In this document: piece by piece, positions 33,705 through 44,647 of the stretch | How positions within the stretch are numbered: position 1 is the first letter of the stretch | Layout of the letters: every line of letters starts with the position of its first letter | Source: a virus | Virus record (IMG/VR): IMGVR_UViG_3300045125_000089 | Location: 5,499 to 69,498 of that record | Reading direction: 5' to 3' (one strand) | Length of the DNA: 64,000 nt | Made by a program: the position numbers and the translations under genes | The notes under the pieces: model-generated | What the model saw: only the letters and a program-made list of their open reading frames with translations | Database searches by the model: none | Told to the model about the DNA's origin: nothing

Positions 33705-34377
33705 AATCCAAATCTCGATTTTAATGCACCATAATTTTGTAGATGCTCTTGATCTGTCAGTTGGCGATTATACATTGCTACATATGCTAATCTACCTTGA
33801 AAGCCTCTGCTTGAATATCCACTGGTTCCTAAATAGTATCTAAACGAAGACGCAAAATTACTTTGATTTGTTCTATATCCCCGAGTATATTCCCAACCAC
33901 AGAAACCAGCGTAGTTGCTCCTCCTGTTCCATTTAAATAATATTCTTGTAGCAGTTGTTTGTGTCCAATCGTTTGCGTCCGTACCCGTTGTGCCAACATT
34001 ACGTATTACCCACGGTCCAGTTCCATTTGCATGATTGAAATCTTAAACTATCGTCTGCCCCAACGGCGGGTGTGCTAGACGCAATAAGACCGGCTAAACC
34101 TGCCATGCTCACTCTGGAAAAATCAGGCTGAAATACAATCGTCATATCCAAATATGCCTGACTTATATTGTCCGACTCTATGTAATTAGAATCATTTGCA
34201 GTAGCAAAATTGAAATAACTTTGAGGTCCGGCAGACACAAACGAAATAGTGCCAGCAATAGTACCATTTGCTCTACCAGTTATATCAGTCCAAGTAGTAC
34301 CACTGCCCGCATAACTTTTTGGATTGCTTAGCGCTCCAAACAAAGTATCAATCCATTACTAACTATCCTTGGCCCAT
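33701..34377 (-). CDS. LamG-like paralog 12 (frameshifted)
   Basis: ..NPKSYAGSGTTWTDITGRANGTIAG..YFNF ... NRQLTDQEHLQNY..RFGL*. Confidence 0.65.
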
Positions 34378-34398
34378 AATCAAGGCATATAATAAACT

Positions 34399-34665
34399 TT
34401 ATGGCATACTGCCAGTCATTGGACTACACCATTCACTTGTGCTTAATATTTCAAGTATTTCAGTATGTGTATATGGACCTTCGCTGCCAATAATAGTTGC
34501 TACAAATGCTGGTGCATCGCCATTCCATTTTACCAATGTCTTTGTTTCATCAACAGACTTTCTTACTGTATCTGCGGATGTTTCTAATACTTGACTAAAG
34601 TCAACTTTATTTAGTTCGCTGACTGGGAATATAAGATATTCTCTATTTTCGTATATATCGCTCAT
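34399..34665 (-). CDS. Small conserved phage protein
   Basis: Intact 88-aa ORF: MSDIYENREYLIFPVSELNKVDFSQVLETSADTVRKSVDETKTLVKW..YTHTEILEILSTSEW. Confidence 0.7.
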   Translation of the reverse strand: MSDIYENREYLIFPVSELNKVDFSQVLETSADTVRKSVDETKTLVKWNGDAPAFVATIIGSEGPYTHTEILEILSTSEWCSPMTGSMP

Positions 34666-34711
34666 ATGTTATTATTATAGTTTAAGGTTGTATATATAAA
34701 TATAATGATGG

Positions 34712-35459
34712 TCATAAACCATAGCGGCCTTTTGTGGCGTGATAATTTTGGCGGACTTCTTTTGCGGATAATGCTCGGTTGTATATATTCAATATTGTAT
34801 ACTATCCATGTAGCCGTGTATAAGTACCAGCTCTGTGCGTGATACAGATGGCGAGCTATTCATCATTTGCAGCAGTATTACCTATTAAGTTACTAAATAA
34901 ATGTTGCAGTAATTAGCCGTTGCTTTGCAAACTGAGCAAATGAATTGCCGTTGTAAGCTATAATCGAATATACTCGCAGTTCTATGAGTAGAAGAATATA
35001 TTTGCATTGTTTACCGAAGCAACTGGTCCGGTATATTGTTCCGAAGCTATATAATAGCTTGGTTCGATCGACACATGTATCAAGTGGCATAAGGGTAGCC
35101 GTTTAGCATCTGACCTATTATCTCAAAATAACATTATCTGACATGAGTACTATTTTCTGCTGCATACTATTATACCAAAGATTCGATGAGAATAGTACAT
35201 GCTGATGCTCCATATTGTAAAATCTGTAACTGTTATATCACAAACTACTGCAGCAATCACTCTAGCTACCATCAAAAATCAATCACTCCACCATTCACTA
35301 TTGATATACGCAGGTCCATTTATCAACGAACCTGTATTTCCATTTCTACTCAAATCAAAACCAAGTAGTTGCTGCCGCTTATGATGCTTCAATGTGCCTG
35401 CATCCAGATATAATACCAAACCATCTGTATACAATATCTGGCCCGCCTTCTACGCTCAT
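34712..35459 (-). CDS. LamG-like paralog 11 (frameshifted)
   Basis: MSVEGGPDIV..GLVLYLDAG ... YNRALSAKEVRQNY.ATKGRYGL*. Confidence 0.65.
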
Positions 35460-36174
35460 AATCCAAACCTTCCTTATTTGCGTTGTAGTTTTAAAGAGTT
35501 TCTTGCCGCTGATAATGCTCAGTTGTAGACTTCTAACGCCACCAATTCCGCCAGAATCATTGTCCATAATCTCCGTAACCTACATCGAGTATAATCTACA
35601 TTACAGTAGTTCGTGGACTTAACCAATCCAGTTCTTTAAAGTTACCCATTGAAATATAATGCTGGGTTGTTTATTGTTGTATACAGCAACACGTGAAATG
35701 ATATGCTGGATATAGATGCGGTATATACCAAAATTCGAGCTAATAATGAGTTTCCGTGATATTATGACTACCACAGAATTGTTCCCACCGACATACCAGC
35801 ACCAGAATTAGTAGAATCATTTGCGGGAGCAATTATATTTCTTTGAGAAGCAACTCAGCTAGGCCAGTACCAGTACTTGCTTCAGTCACTGCTAAATTGA
35901 TAGAAGTTGGTCTACACCACCTTCATATGTAAAATGTTAGTTGGCATTCAGACTGGCACGTACATATAGCATTGGTCGTTTGTATTATCAAACACATATG
36001 TTACCAATATTGCTACTATTAAAGTTGGTCCAATACAAAGAACCTGTGTTGATTATTTCCACTTAAATCAAACCGGGTAGTTCCAGACTGCCGGGATAAC
36101 TCTTTCTGATTTCCCGCATCAAGGCACATTACTAAACCATTCGTTACCATTTTTGGTCCATTGCTATAACTCAT
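35456..36174 (-). CDS. LamG-like paralog 10 (frameshifted)
   Basis: MSYSNGPKMVTNGLVMCLDAGN ... LSAQETL.NYNANK.RFGL*. Confidence 0.65.
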
Positions 36175-36857
36175 AATCCAAACCTTCCTTTATTTGCGTT
36201 GTAGTTTTGAAGAACTTCAGTGGCAGATATGTGTCGATTGCACATCAATACCTGTGCTATATTTCCGCTCAATATTCGCTGCCACCTGTTTGTCTTCCAA
36301 TTTGTGCGTTAGTTAACAACAGTGTTCCAAGACCGAGCCGTAGGCCCAGAAACCAATTGACCGTTTATATACATAGATGCGTTAGTTCACATTATATACT
36401 CCAACCAAATTAAACCCAAACTCCCGTTTTGCAGCCCCTGAAAGTAATATCGCTGTTATATCCACCCAAAATAATATGTTTGAACCTAATCTACCAATAA
36501 ATCTTGATTGATTATTTTGCTGCTGTGCCATATGAAATAAATCCAAGCAGTACTTTGCAACAACAAGAATTTAGCGGATTGCCCAACAGCAGAGATTGTT
36601 CCCGCAGAAGGCTCCAAATGGAAAACTGGCAGTTCCTATTGGTTTGCACCAATCCTTGCCCCACCATCAAACAAAATAACTCCACCATTTGCAGCACTGA
36701 ATGTAGGTCCATTTGTTAATGAACCACTATTATTGTTATTTATACTCAAATCCAAACCAAGTATTGCTGCCACTATTATAACTATTTCTATTTGCCTGCA
36801 TCAAGGCACAATATTAAACCATCCCTTTATGATATCTGGACCTCCATCTACACTCAT
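36171..36857 (-). CDS. LamG-like paralog 9 (frameshifted)
   Basis: MSVDGGPDIIKDGLILCLDAGNRNSY..NGPTFSAANGG ... EVLQNYNANKGRFGL*. Confidence 0.68.
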
Positions 36858-37674
36858 AATCCAAACCTTCCTTTTGTGGCATTATAATTTTGGCGGATCT
36901 CTGCATGCGGACAGTGCTCTGTTGTTATACCTTAAATATAGAAGCATTTTAGGTACTATTGCCAGGACGGGTATAGTTAAAGCATCCAGCACAATTCTGA
37001 TGTAACGGTAGTCGCATTCGTACTGTATGCAGTCTGTACGACGGTTGATGTATTAGATATTGTTTGCGCTGTCCTGAATACAGTATTTTTATGTCACTCA
37101 TCGCCACACCGAAGTAGACCATGTACTAAGCCACCGTTACTTTAAACAGCGATTTGTGTGGACTAATGTTGCGGGACCAAAGCGTTGTGGATCTATTTGT
37201 ATCTGCCATCACACCAAGCCTTTCCGTAGTCTCATTTCTAGCCAATATCAGATAATCAGTATAATCGCTAGTTTGCTCCTGTGTTGAAGCCGTATCTGAA
37301 CGGGTCCTCTGTTGCCCCAGCATTTCCTTTACCAAATCATTGGGTCCAACGCCCCCGCCAAGTCGTACTTGAAGTGTGTTCTCATCCAAAGTTCGAATAT
37401 GCTCCAATTCAGACATGCACTAGTCTATAGAATCTGCACTGTGTGCATACGTCTAACATAATTCATTTGCTCCCGAAAATGATAATTCTCCGCCATAATT
37501 GGCAGAACCTGTTGAAGGAGAAGTTACACACGGCTTTAATATCTCCGTTGTTTCCTCGCTTGTTAAATCCGCCCAAAACCGTGCCACTACCCAGGATAAC
37601 TTCTGCTATTACCAGCATCAAGATGCAGCACTAATCCATCTGTTACAATTTTTGGTGAATAAAAAGTTGCCCAT
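36854..37674 (-). CDS. LamG-like paralog 8 (heavily frameshifted)
   Basis: PKIVTDGLVLHLDAGNSRSYPGSGT ... YNRALSA..QNYNATK.RFGL*. Confidence 0.62.
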
Positions 37675-37680
37675 ATTTTT

Positions 37681-38430
37681 GCAACCCAAACCTTCCTTTT
37701 GTTTGCGTTGATAGTTTTGTACGATATTTCTGCTGCGGATAATGCTCTAGTTATATATTCTTACGTCGAGCTGTATCTCGACCATTAAAAATAGCTCTAC
37801 GACTCCCCAGTGCAGGACCTCTGTGCCAGTGGAACTGGAAGACATTCCGGCACCAGTGTTATACCGGCACCAGAAAGATTTCGAGTTTCGTCCAATATAC
37901 CGTTTACGTAAGAACTTGCGCCCAGACCGCGGTGTTAGTTGTAGCAGACATCATACCATTGATTTGTACTTAACGCAGAGTTTCCGTCAATCGTCGTACG
38001 TTGCAAGGGTTGAGCTATTATTACTAAATCTGCATTTCCGGATGCTAATTTTGGGCTGCTAGTGCATAACACCACACCCCGTCATGACATTGCTTCTCTA
38101 CCTCTAATGCCGCCCAATTACCATATGCCAGAGTATTCCCAGAGCCCACGCCATATCACAAATGTAATTGTAGTAGTAAGTTTGGCGGTATGGGCAGACT
38201 GGTTGCTGATCTCCGCAAGTACGTAATCATCCGTACCATCAAACACTATACTACCTCCATTTTGCACTTACGATGCGTTGGTCCATGTAGTTAACGAGTC
38301 CCGTTATTTCCACTTCCTGCTCAAATCACTCCACAGTTGTTCCGCTACCAGGATAGCTTCTATTATTACCTGCGTCCAGATATAATACCAATCCATCTGT
38401 TACTAATTTTAGGCCGTTGTTATAACTCAT
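37681..38430 (-). CDS. LamG-like paralog 7 (frameshifted)
   Basis: MSYNNGLKLVTDGLVLYLDAGNNRSYPGSG..GGSIVFDGTDDYV ... YNRALSAAEI..RFGL. Confidence 0.7.
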
Positions 38431-38443
38431 ACATTATTATATA

Positions 38444-39833
38444 TTAGGCCAATGATGGAAATCTTGCTGTTGTCCAATCAATAACAACATTATCAAAGTT
38501 ATAACTGCCAGATGGACCATAATTGTTTCTAGGATTTGACCATCCTGCTCTAAAATATGATATAGTAGTTGTTGCACTGGCCGCAAAAGAGCTTCCAACA
38601 AAACTGCCTGTAACATCATACAATTCTCTATAATATCCTACTCCGCCAACAAATAATATATCTAGTCTATAGTATGTATTTGGTAATGCTTGTATGCCCA
38701 TCAAATATTGCTCAAAGTTTGATGGTCTATTCATCGCTATTGAATCGGTTCCAAAATCGCCATATACTACAAAATTAAATCCACCAGTACTTGCAAATCG
38801 TGTATACATACTAATTGATACTCTGCTTGATGCTGGAAAATTATATTGAAACCACGTATTTATGCCACCGCCATATGCAGGATTTAATGTAATACTTCTG
38901 CTACCTCTTGTAGTTCTATTATTTACTTTATTTATTCTATTTTGAGCAAAGTTAGAACCGCTGAATATATACGCAAATCCGTTGCCAACAAGGGACCAGT
39001 CAGAGCCAGTTCTATTATCTGTGGCATCCAAAATTGTTGTATTTACAACATTGTCTGGTATTTCAAATGTAAGTACGCATCTGCATATACACTTGGCTCG
39101 CTCAAATATCTATCTCTGCCAAAATTGTATAAACTTTGTATTTGTGATGCATTTAGAGCAGTATTATATAAACTAGATATTCCGATATCTCCTTTGAAGT
39201 ATCTATTTGAACTTAATTTTTCTGCACCAATTTGTATTCTATCCGCGTTAAATTGATATGCACTACCAGACCTCGAACCCGTTCTTACTAATGTGCCGTC
39301 AAGATATAATGATAATCTATTATTTGATATATGCTTCAACGCCAGTCACCATATACCATTTATCATAAAAAATGATGATGAAATTGTATATTGTGTTGAC
39401 AGTCCATTGTAAAATGTATCTAGATTATAAACGGCAAATCAGTCATTGACCCAGATACTGTTGATGATGTTGTATTTGTTCGTATGCTAAATTGGTCTGC
39501 TGATGCACTCATTATGCAAAATAAACCAGCGTTCTGGTCCGATGCAAGTGTTTCTTTCAGCCTGTCTAAACCACAAATTTATTGTCTTAGATGATACACT
39601 TGATGATGGATTGGTATATGTTGTAGAAGATATATAATCGTCGATGGCGTCGAATGTAAAATAGCTTTACTTGATGTGGAATAACTTACTCCGATTTACT
39701 CAAGAAGCACTATGATTAAAAGGTGCAATAGGACTAAATATAGTAGTACTGCAGTTATATAAGACTTTGGTCCACTGGATCACAGTTTATATCAAACTGT
39801 CATTGATTACTTTTGAACATATAATGTTGCCAT
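38444..39833 (-). CDS. LamG-like paralog 6, apparently fused to an extra C-terminal beta-rich domain (frameshifted)
   Basis: ..SYFTFDAIDDYI..LSLYLDGTL..FKGDIGISSLYNTALNASQIQSLYNFGRDRYL, which probably continues into ORF 38444-39031. Confidence 0.6.
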
Positions 39834-39861
39834 ATATATAACTATTGTATATATACACTTT

Positions 39862-40642
39862 TTATGTTAGACCAAATCTCTTCTTTTCTACGTTATAGTT
39901 TTGAAGAACTTCATGTTGGAAGACTAATGCTCTATTATACATTCGCACAGAAGCAACATTGCAATCTGCGTTAAGCGTATATGTGGAACCAATATTGCTG
40001 CCTATTGCTATTCGTAAATTATGGTTACTTGTGTATTTACACTAGGTGCAGAAAACGAGACTTGTTCCCAAAGATACGCCATTTATATATGTAGTTAAAG
40101 TATTTCCACTTCGCACAACGATGCATAAAACCAAGAATCAATAACAATATTTGTATTTGATAATCCTATTGAAGCAGTCAGGGCTGCGACGCATTCATAA
40201 TCGCCATTCCATATTTCATATCTTAGACTTGAAGTGACATACATAAAACATCGAGTGATATCCTCTATATACAAGTAATGCACTGGCAACTTCTGTAGCA
40301 TCGTGGGCTGTTGGGCTTGAGTTATTTATTTTGCCCAAATTTCTGTTGTATGATTTCCGTATAAATAAGTTTCCAGCACCAAAGCTCCAGCAACAGTAAT
40401 ATCTGCATATCCACCATTTTCTGCGGTGGGTGCAACAGTTCTTGAAAATTTTATAGATTTACTAGAGTTTCGTAAGAATAATATGTTGGATTAGACAAAG
40501 TAAAATTTCTTGCATTGCCACTTAAATCTATCCAAGTGGCACCACTGCCAGGATAACTCTTGGTATTTCTTGCATCCAAATACAATTGCAATCCACTTTG
40601 CACTACTCTGCCAAGACCTGCTGCTACTCCATATGCACTCAT
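39862..40642 (-). CDS. LamG-like paralog 5 (frameshifted)
   Basis: MSAYGVAAGLGRVVQSGLQLYLDARNTKSYPGSGATWIDLSGN ... EVLQNYNVEKKRFGLT*. Confidence 0.72.
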
Positions 40643-41355
40643 AATCCAAACCTTTTCTTTGTTATGTTATAATTGTTTAGTATTTCTATTGAAGATAATG
40701 TTCTGTTATAAACTGTAATTTGAGGTATATAACCTTGAAATGGAATATTGCCCACAGTGTTTGCCCAATGTCTACCAACTTGATAGTTGTTGGTTTTAGC
40801 AAAATTTCCACTGTTCCAAGTTATTGTACCAGAGTTTTGAAGCAAAGTTCCGTCCTTATAACAATAAATATTCAAGTGCTGCCCCGATTTTGATATTACA
40901 ATATATAGCCATTTATTTATATGCGTGCCAATGTCAAATATTCCACTTTCTAATACTCCGACTTGATTTACACCAGTAAAATTATACGGCGCAGCAACAG
41001 ACCCATTTCCAAATGTCATTGAATATGCATAATTTGTGGCAGGAGAAGGAGTTATTAAAAATTCCTTGCCATATTTGATTTGCGTTTAATTTGTATGCCC
41101 AAGCCGTTTGTGTAAAACTTCCCGTGAAAATATCTCCATTAATACTACCACTTACCACATCGTCAGTCCCGTCAAAGCTAATTGCTCCTTGATTTGTGCC
41201 GTTAAAAGTTGGACCATTAGTTAATGACCCGCTACGACTATTCCCGCTCAAATCTCTCCAAACACTACTACCACTAACAAAACTTTTCTATTACCCGCAT
41301 CGAGGTATAATACCAAACCATCCGTAACTAATCTGCCTCCTGAATTATAACTCAT
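40639..41355 (-). CDS. LamG-like paralog 4 (frameshifted)
   Basis: MSYNSGGRLVTDGLVLYLDAGNRKSF..NGPTFNGTNQGAISFDGTDD ... YNRTLSSIEILNNYNITKKRFGL*. Confidence 0.75.
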
Positions 41356-41619
41356 ATGAACTTGTCTCCGGTGCGGCCAATCCCCAAATAACACATTGTT
41401 TTATATAGTTGATACTGTTTCGTTGCAATTTTCTTCATCACTCAAACCATCTGGAATATCAATGTATATACCATCATCAAATTGTTCCATAGTAAGAGTT
41501 CCATTATAAAACAATCCAATATTGTCTGACACAGTTGTTGCAAACGATGCAACTTCTGCATAACTAGAATTGGTTAGTTTTCTAGCAAAGTGTAAATACT
41601 TTGGTTCATCGTATATCAT
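41352..41619 (-). CDS. Small hypothetical protein
   Basis: MIYDEPKYLHFARKLTN.. with ATGA overlaps on both sides. The 3' end is uncertain (41401 as called, 41352 if frameshifted). Confidence 0.5.
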
Positions 41620-42409
41620 CTTATATAAATCTCCACTCTTGCTGCTCTATTAATGCCGGTAGTATCTTGACAACAACTGATTCTATCACCGGCAGAATAA
41701 CCTTGCCACGTTCCCGGCATCATACCTATTCCGCCACTAACATCGTCACTATCCATGTTTCCGTTGGGATATAATCCACCACCATTTTCATTCCATCCAA
41801 ATCCCCATCTAGTTCGTGCCGTACCTGGATTATTTCTATAGTTATATCCATAAAATCTAACATCTACTTGACTTGAAAATATACCACTTGCCCAACCAGA
41901 ATATGTTTTGGCGTCTCGTATAAAATATCTATCTACTGTATTAAAGAACGTAGTAGGCACAATTCTTGCGCCGCCATAAAAATCATTTTGCAACCAAGTC
42001 CATTGACCAGTGCCAGGTATACTACCACCTGTTCCCGGTTGTGATATCCGGCCAAATAGCAAGCATATCTTTTGCTCTATAATAATTCATAACATCAAAC
42101 TTTAGCGTCGCCGTTATTTCTATTTGTTGCAGAAAGAACTGAATGTATTTGATGCTGTCCAATAACTGGCAGTATATCCAAAAGTAAGTAGAACTTGTTG
42201 ATGCTTTAAGTGCAAGCATCCATCCGCCGCCATCATATGAGCCAGTCATTAAACAATATGTTTGTGTAGGTCCAACACCCTGGTAAATTTATCCAATATA
42301 CACCATTTGTTGAATTTGGATAATTATATAAAATTGATACGGCACTGAGTGCAGCCTTGTCTGCTGAACTGCCATCATTTCTATTTATTAGACCAAACCG
42401 GATTGACAT
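41616..42409 (-). CDS. Fibrinogen C-terminal/intelectin-like domain protein (frameshifted)
   Basis: NGVYWINLPG.GPTQTYCLMTGSYDGGGWMLALK (YC.....GGGW signature), with C-terminal RWGFGWNENG..DDVSGGIG..AGDRISCCQDTTGINRAARVEIYIR. Confidence 0.7.
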
Positions 42410-42460
42410 AAACTTGTTATAATTTAGTTGTATATAACTATTGTATATATACACTTTATG

Positions 42461-43169
42461 TTAGGCCAAACTTCTTCTTTTCTAAGTTATAGTTTTGTAA
42501 TACTTCGGATGCGGATAGTGCTCGGTTGTATCTCAAAACATTAGCTATTCTTCCATTTAAATGGGCCGAATATACTGGGTATAATGGAGCACCGCCCATA
42601 TATAAAGTGCCCGCGCCGAAACTATTTGAAACATTTCCAGTAACAATTAAATTTCCATTTTGATATATTTTTGGGAAGAAACTCCATCTCGCACCAATAC
42701 AATATTATGATAGCGATTAACGGCATATTTATTCCAGACAACGCACAAGAACCGGTGGTATTTCCTCCGTATCTTCCAAACCAAATGAGATAAGGAGGAC
42801 CAGCGGCGTTGCCAGATGTGATAACAACAAATTCAATTGTATCAGGATTATTCCAAGAAAAAATTACCCTTCGCTCTATACAAATCAAGATTTCCAGATA
42901 TATTTCCATTAAAATAAATCCAACAACTTAGTGTAAAAAGCTCAGTACCAGATGGTGCAGCTTGTGCGGTCATATAGTCATTACTGCCGTCAAACACAAT
43001 ACTGCCCCATTATCACTATTATATGTCGGTCCATTTATCAAAGACCATATTGTTATTTCTACTAATATCAATCCGTGTACTGCCACTACTTCAACTCTTA
43101 AAGTTGCTGGCGTCTAAATATAATACTAATCCATCTTGTATTATTTTTACCTGGTGCTGCTGTGCTCAT
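42461..43169 (-). CDS. LamG-like paralog 3 (frameshifted)
   Basis: MSTAAPGKIIQDGLVLYLDASN ... YNRALSASEVLQNYN. ATGA overlap with paralog 2. Confidence 0.7.
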
Positions 43170-43885
43170 AATCCAAACCTTTTCTTTGTTTGCGTTATAG
43201 TTTTGAAGAATTTCAGCATCACTTAGACTTCTAAAATAAACTTGAGCCATTGCTATTCTACCTGTGTGAAAAAGAAGGAACGGTGTAATCCATGAGGGAA
43301 CGCTACCTAGCCTGAATAGTAAATTGGATTGAAAATCTAAACCATTCCATTGAGATATTGTTGCTGTACCTGTCGTGGATATCTGTGTTCCATTTAAATA
43401 CATTTTTATACTAGAACTCCTGGTAGCCACATTGTAGTAACCATATGCCACGTATTTAACGGCATAGTATTAGCACTCAATACAACTACATCTGCTCCTC
43501 CGTTGCCTTGGACAAATGTTTCTAATTTTGTTCCGATGTATAACTTAAACTGTATCTGTAATTTTGTGCGCCCGCTCTAGATTTACTAATCAGTGTTTGA
43601 GGTGATGCTGGCGCTGCTGTTTTATATGACCACACATTTTATTGTTAAATCATTTGTTCCTAAATCGAGAACGTCTCCGAGCAAAACATTGTCATCACTC
43701 CATCAAAAACAATACTTCCGCCATTAACACTGCTATGTTGGACCATTAGTTAATGTACCTGTTCTTTTGTTTTCAGTTAAATCCGTCCAAGTACTACTAC
43801 CACTAACATAACTTTTGTAATTGCTAGCATCCAAATATAATACCAATCCATTGCTTACTACTTTTGCTCCTGTATTATAACTCAT
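43166..43885 (-). CDS. LamG-like paralog 2 (frameshifted)
   Basis: MSYNTGAKVVSNGLVLYLDASNYKSY ... RSLSDAEILQNYNANK..FGL*. ATGA overlap with paralog 1. Confidence 0.7.
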
Positions 43886-44642
43886 AATCCGACCTTTTCT
43901 TTGTTGCGTTATAGTTTTGTAATACTTCTGCTGCTGATAATGCTCGGTTGTACCAACAAACTTGATGCGATGTTTCCATTACCAGCCCTCGGATATGTGG
44001 ATGTGTCTTGATTTCCAGCCCGACTGCTAAAATCATTAGCCGTATTTGCGATGCTTGCGGGGCTAAGATCGTTACCTGTTTTGCATAGCGAAAGGACGCC
44101 ATTTGATAAAATATATTCAAGCTATCCAACGGTTTGGGAACAGGTGACACTTGTATTATACCGGAGCACCGTCAGATGCGTAAAGCCACCCTGCCGACTG
44201 GTCGCATCTGGAAAGTATCTTGGTATGTGAGTGCCACCGTCAGACCTAGATGCAAAATACCTTAACGTTCCACTATCGACTCTGAACAGAGATGAATATG
44301 ATTGGACCGCTCCGATCCGCCTTTATAAACCCCATAATGTGTTGAACGATCCCTAAACTACTTGCCTTTGCACCAGATGCATATGGTCCAAGGCACTTGG
44401 GTTACTTGCGTTTATTAAAGTGCAGGAGTTCCCAATGTTACATAATCATTTGTTCCATCAAAACTAAGCACACCACCATTAGCACTACTAAAGTCGGACC
44501 ATTGGTTAATGTTCCATTATTTCCATTCCTACTAACATCAGCCCAAGTACTGCTGCCGCTAACATAACTTTTATAATTACCAGCATCAAGGTATAATACC
44601 AATCCATTACTTACTATTTTTGGACTATAATTGTGTAGACAT
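43882..44642 (-). CDS. LamG-like paralog 1 (frameshifted)
   Basis: SPKIVSNGLVLYLDAGNYKSYVSGS..NGPTFSSANGG..FDGTND ... RALSAAEVLQNYNATK.R.GL*. Confidence 0.7.
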
Positions 44643-44647
44643 ATATT

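Larger units (their letters stand above)
32241..44642 (-). repeat. Tandem array of 14 paralogous LamG/ConA-like lectin-domain genes
   Basis: Each unit of about 670-820 nt (one is longer) starts M..(V/I)T(D/N)GLVL(Y/C/H)LDA.N.KSY.GSG..W.DLS..NG.L.NGPT and ends RALS..E(I/V)LQNYN..K.RFGL*. Confidence 0.85.

Noticed and set aside
32241-44642. Diversity-generating retroelement or shufflon acting on the lectin array
   Set aside because: There is no reverse transcriptase, no near-identical template/variable repeat pair differing at adenines, no invertase, and all copies are co-oriented. Elements outside the window cannot be excluded.
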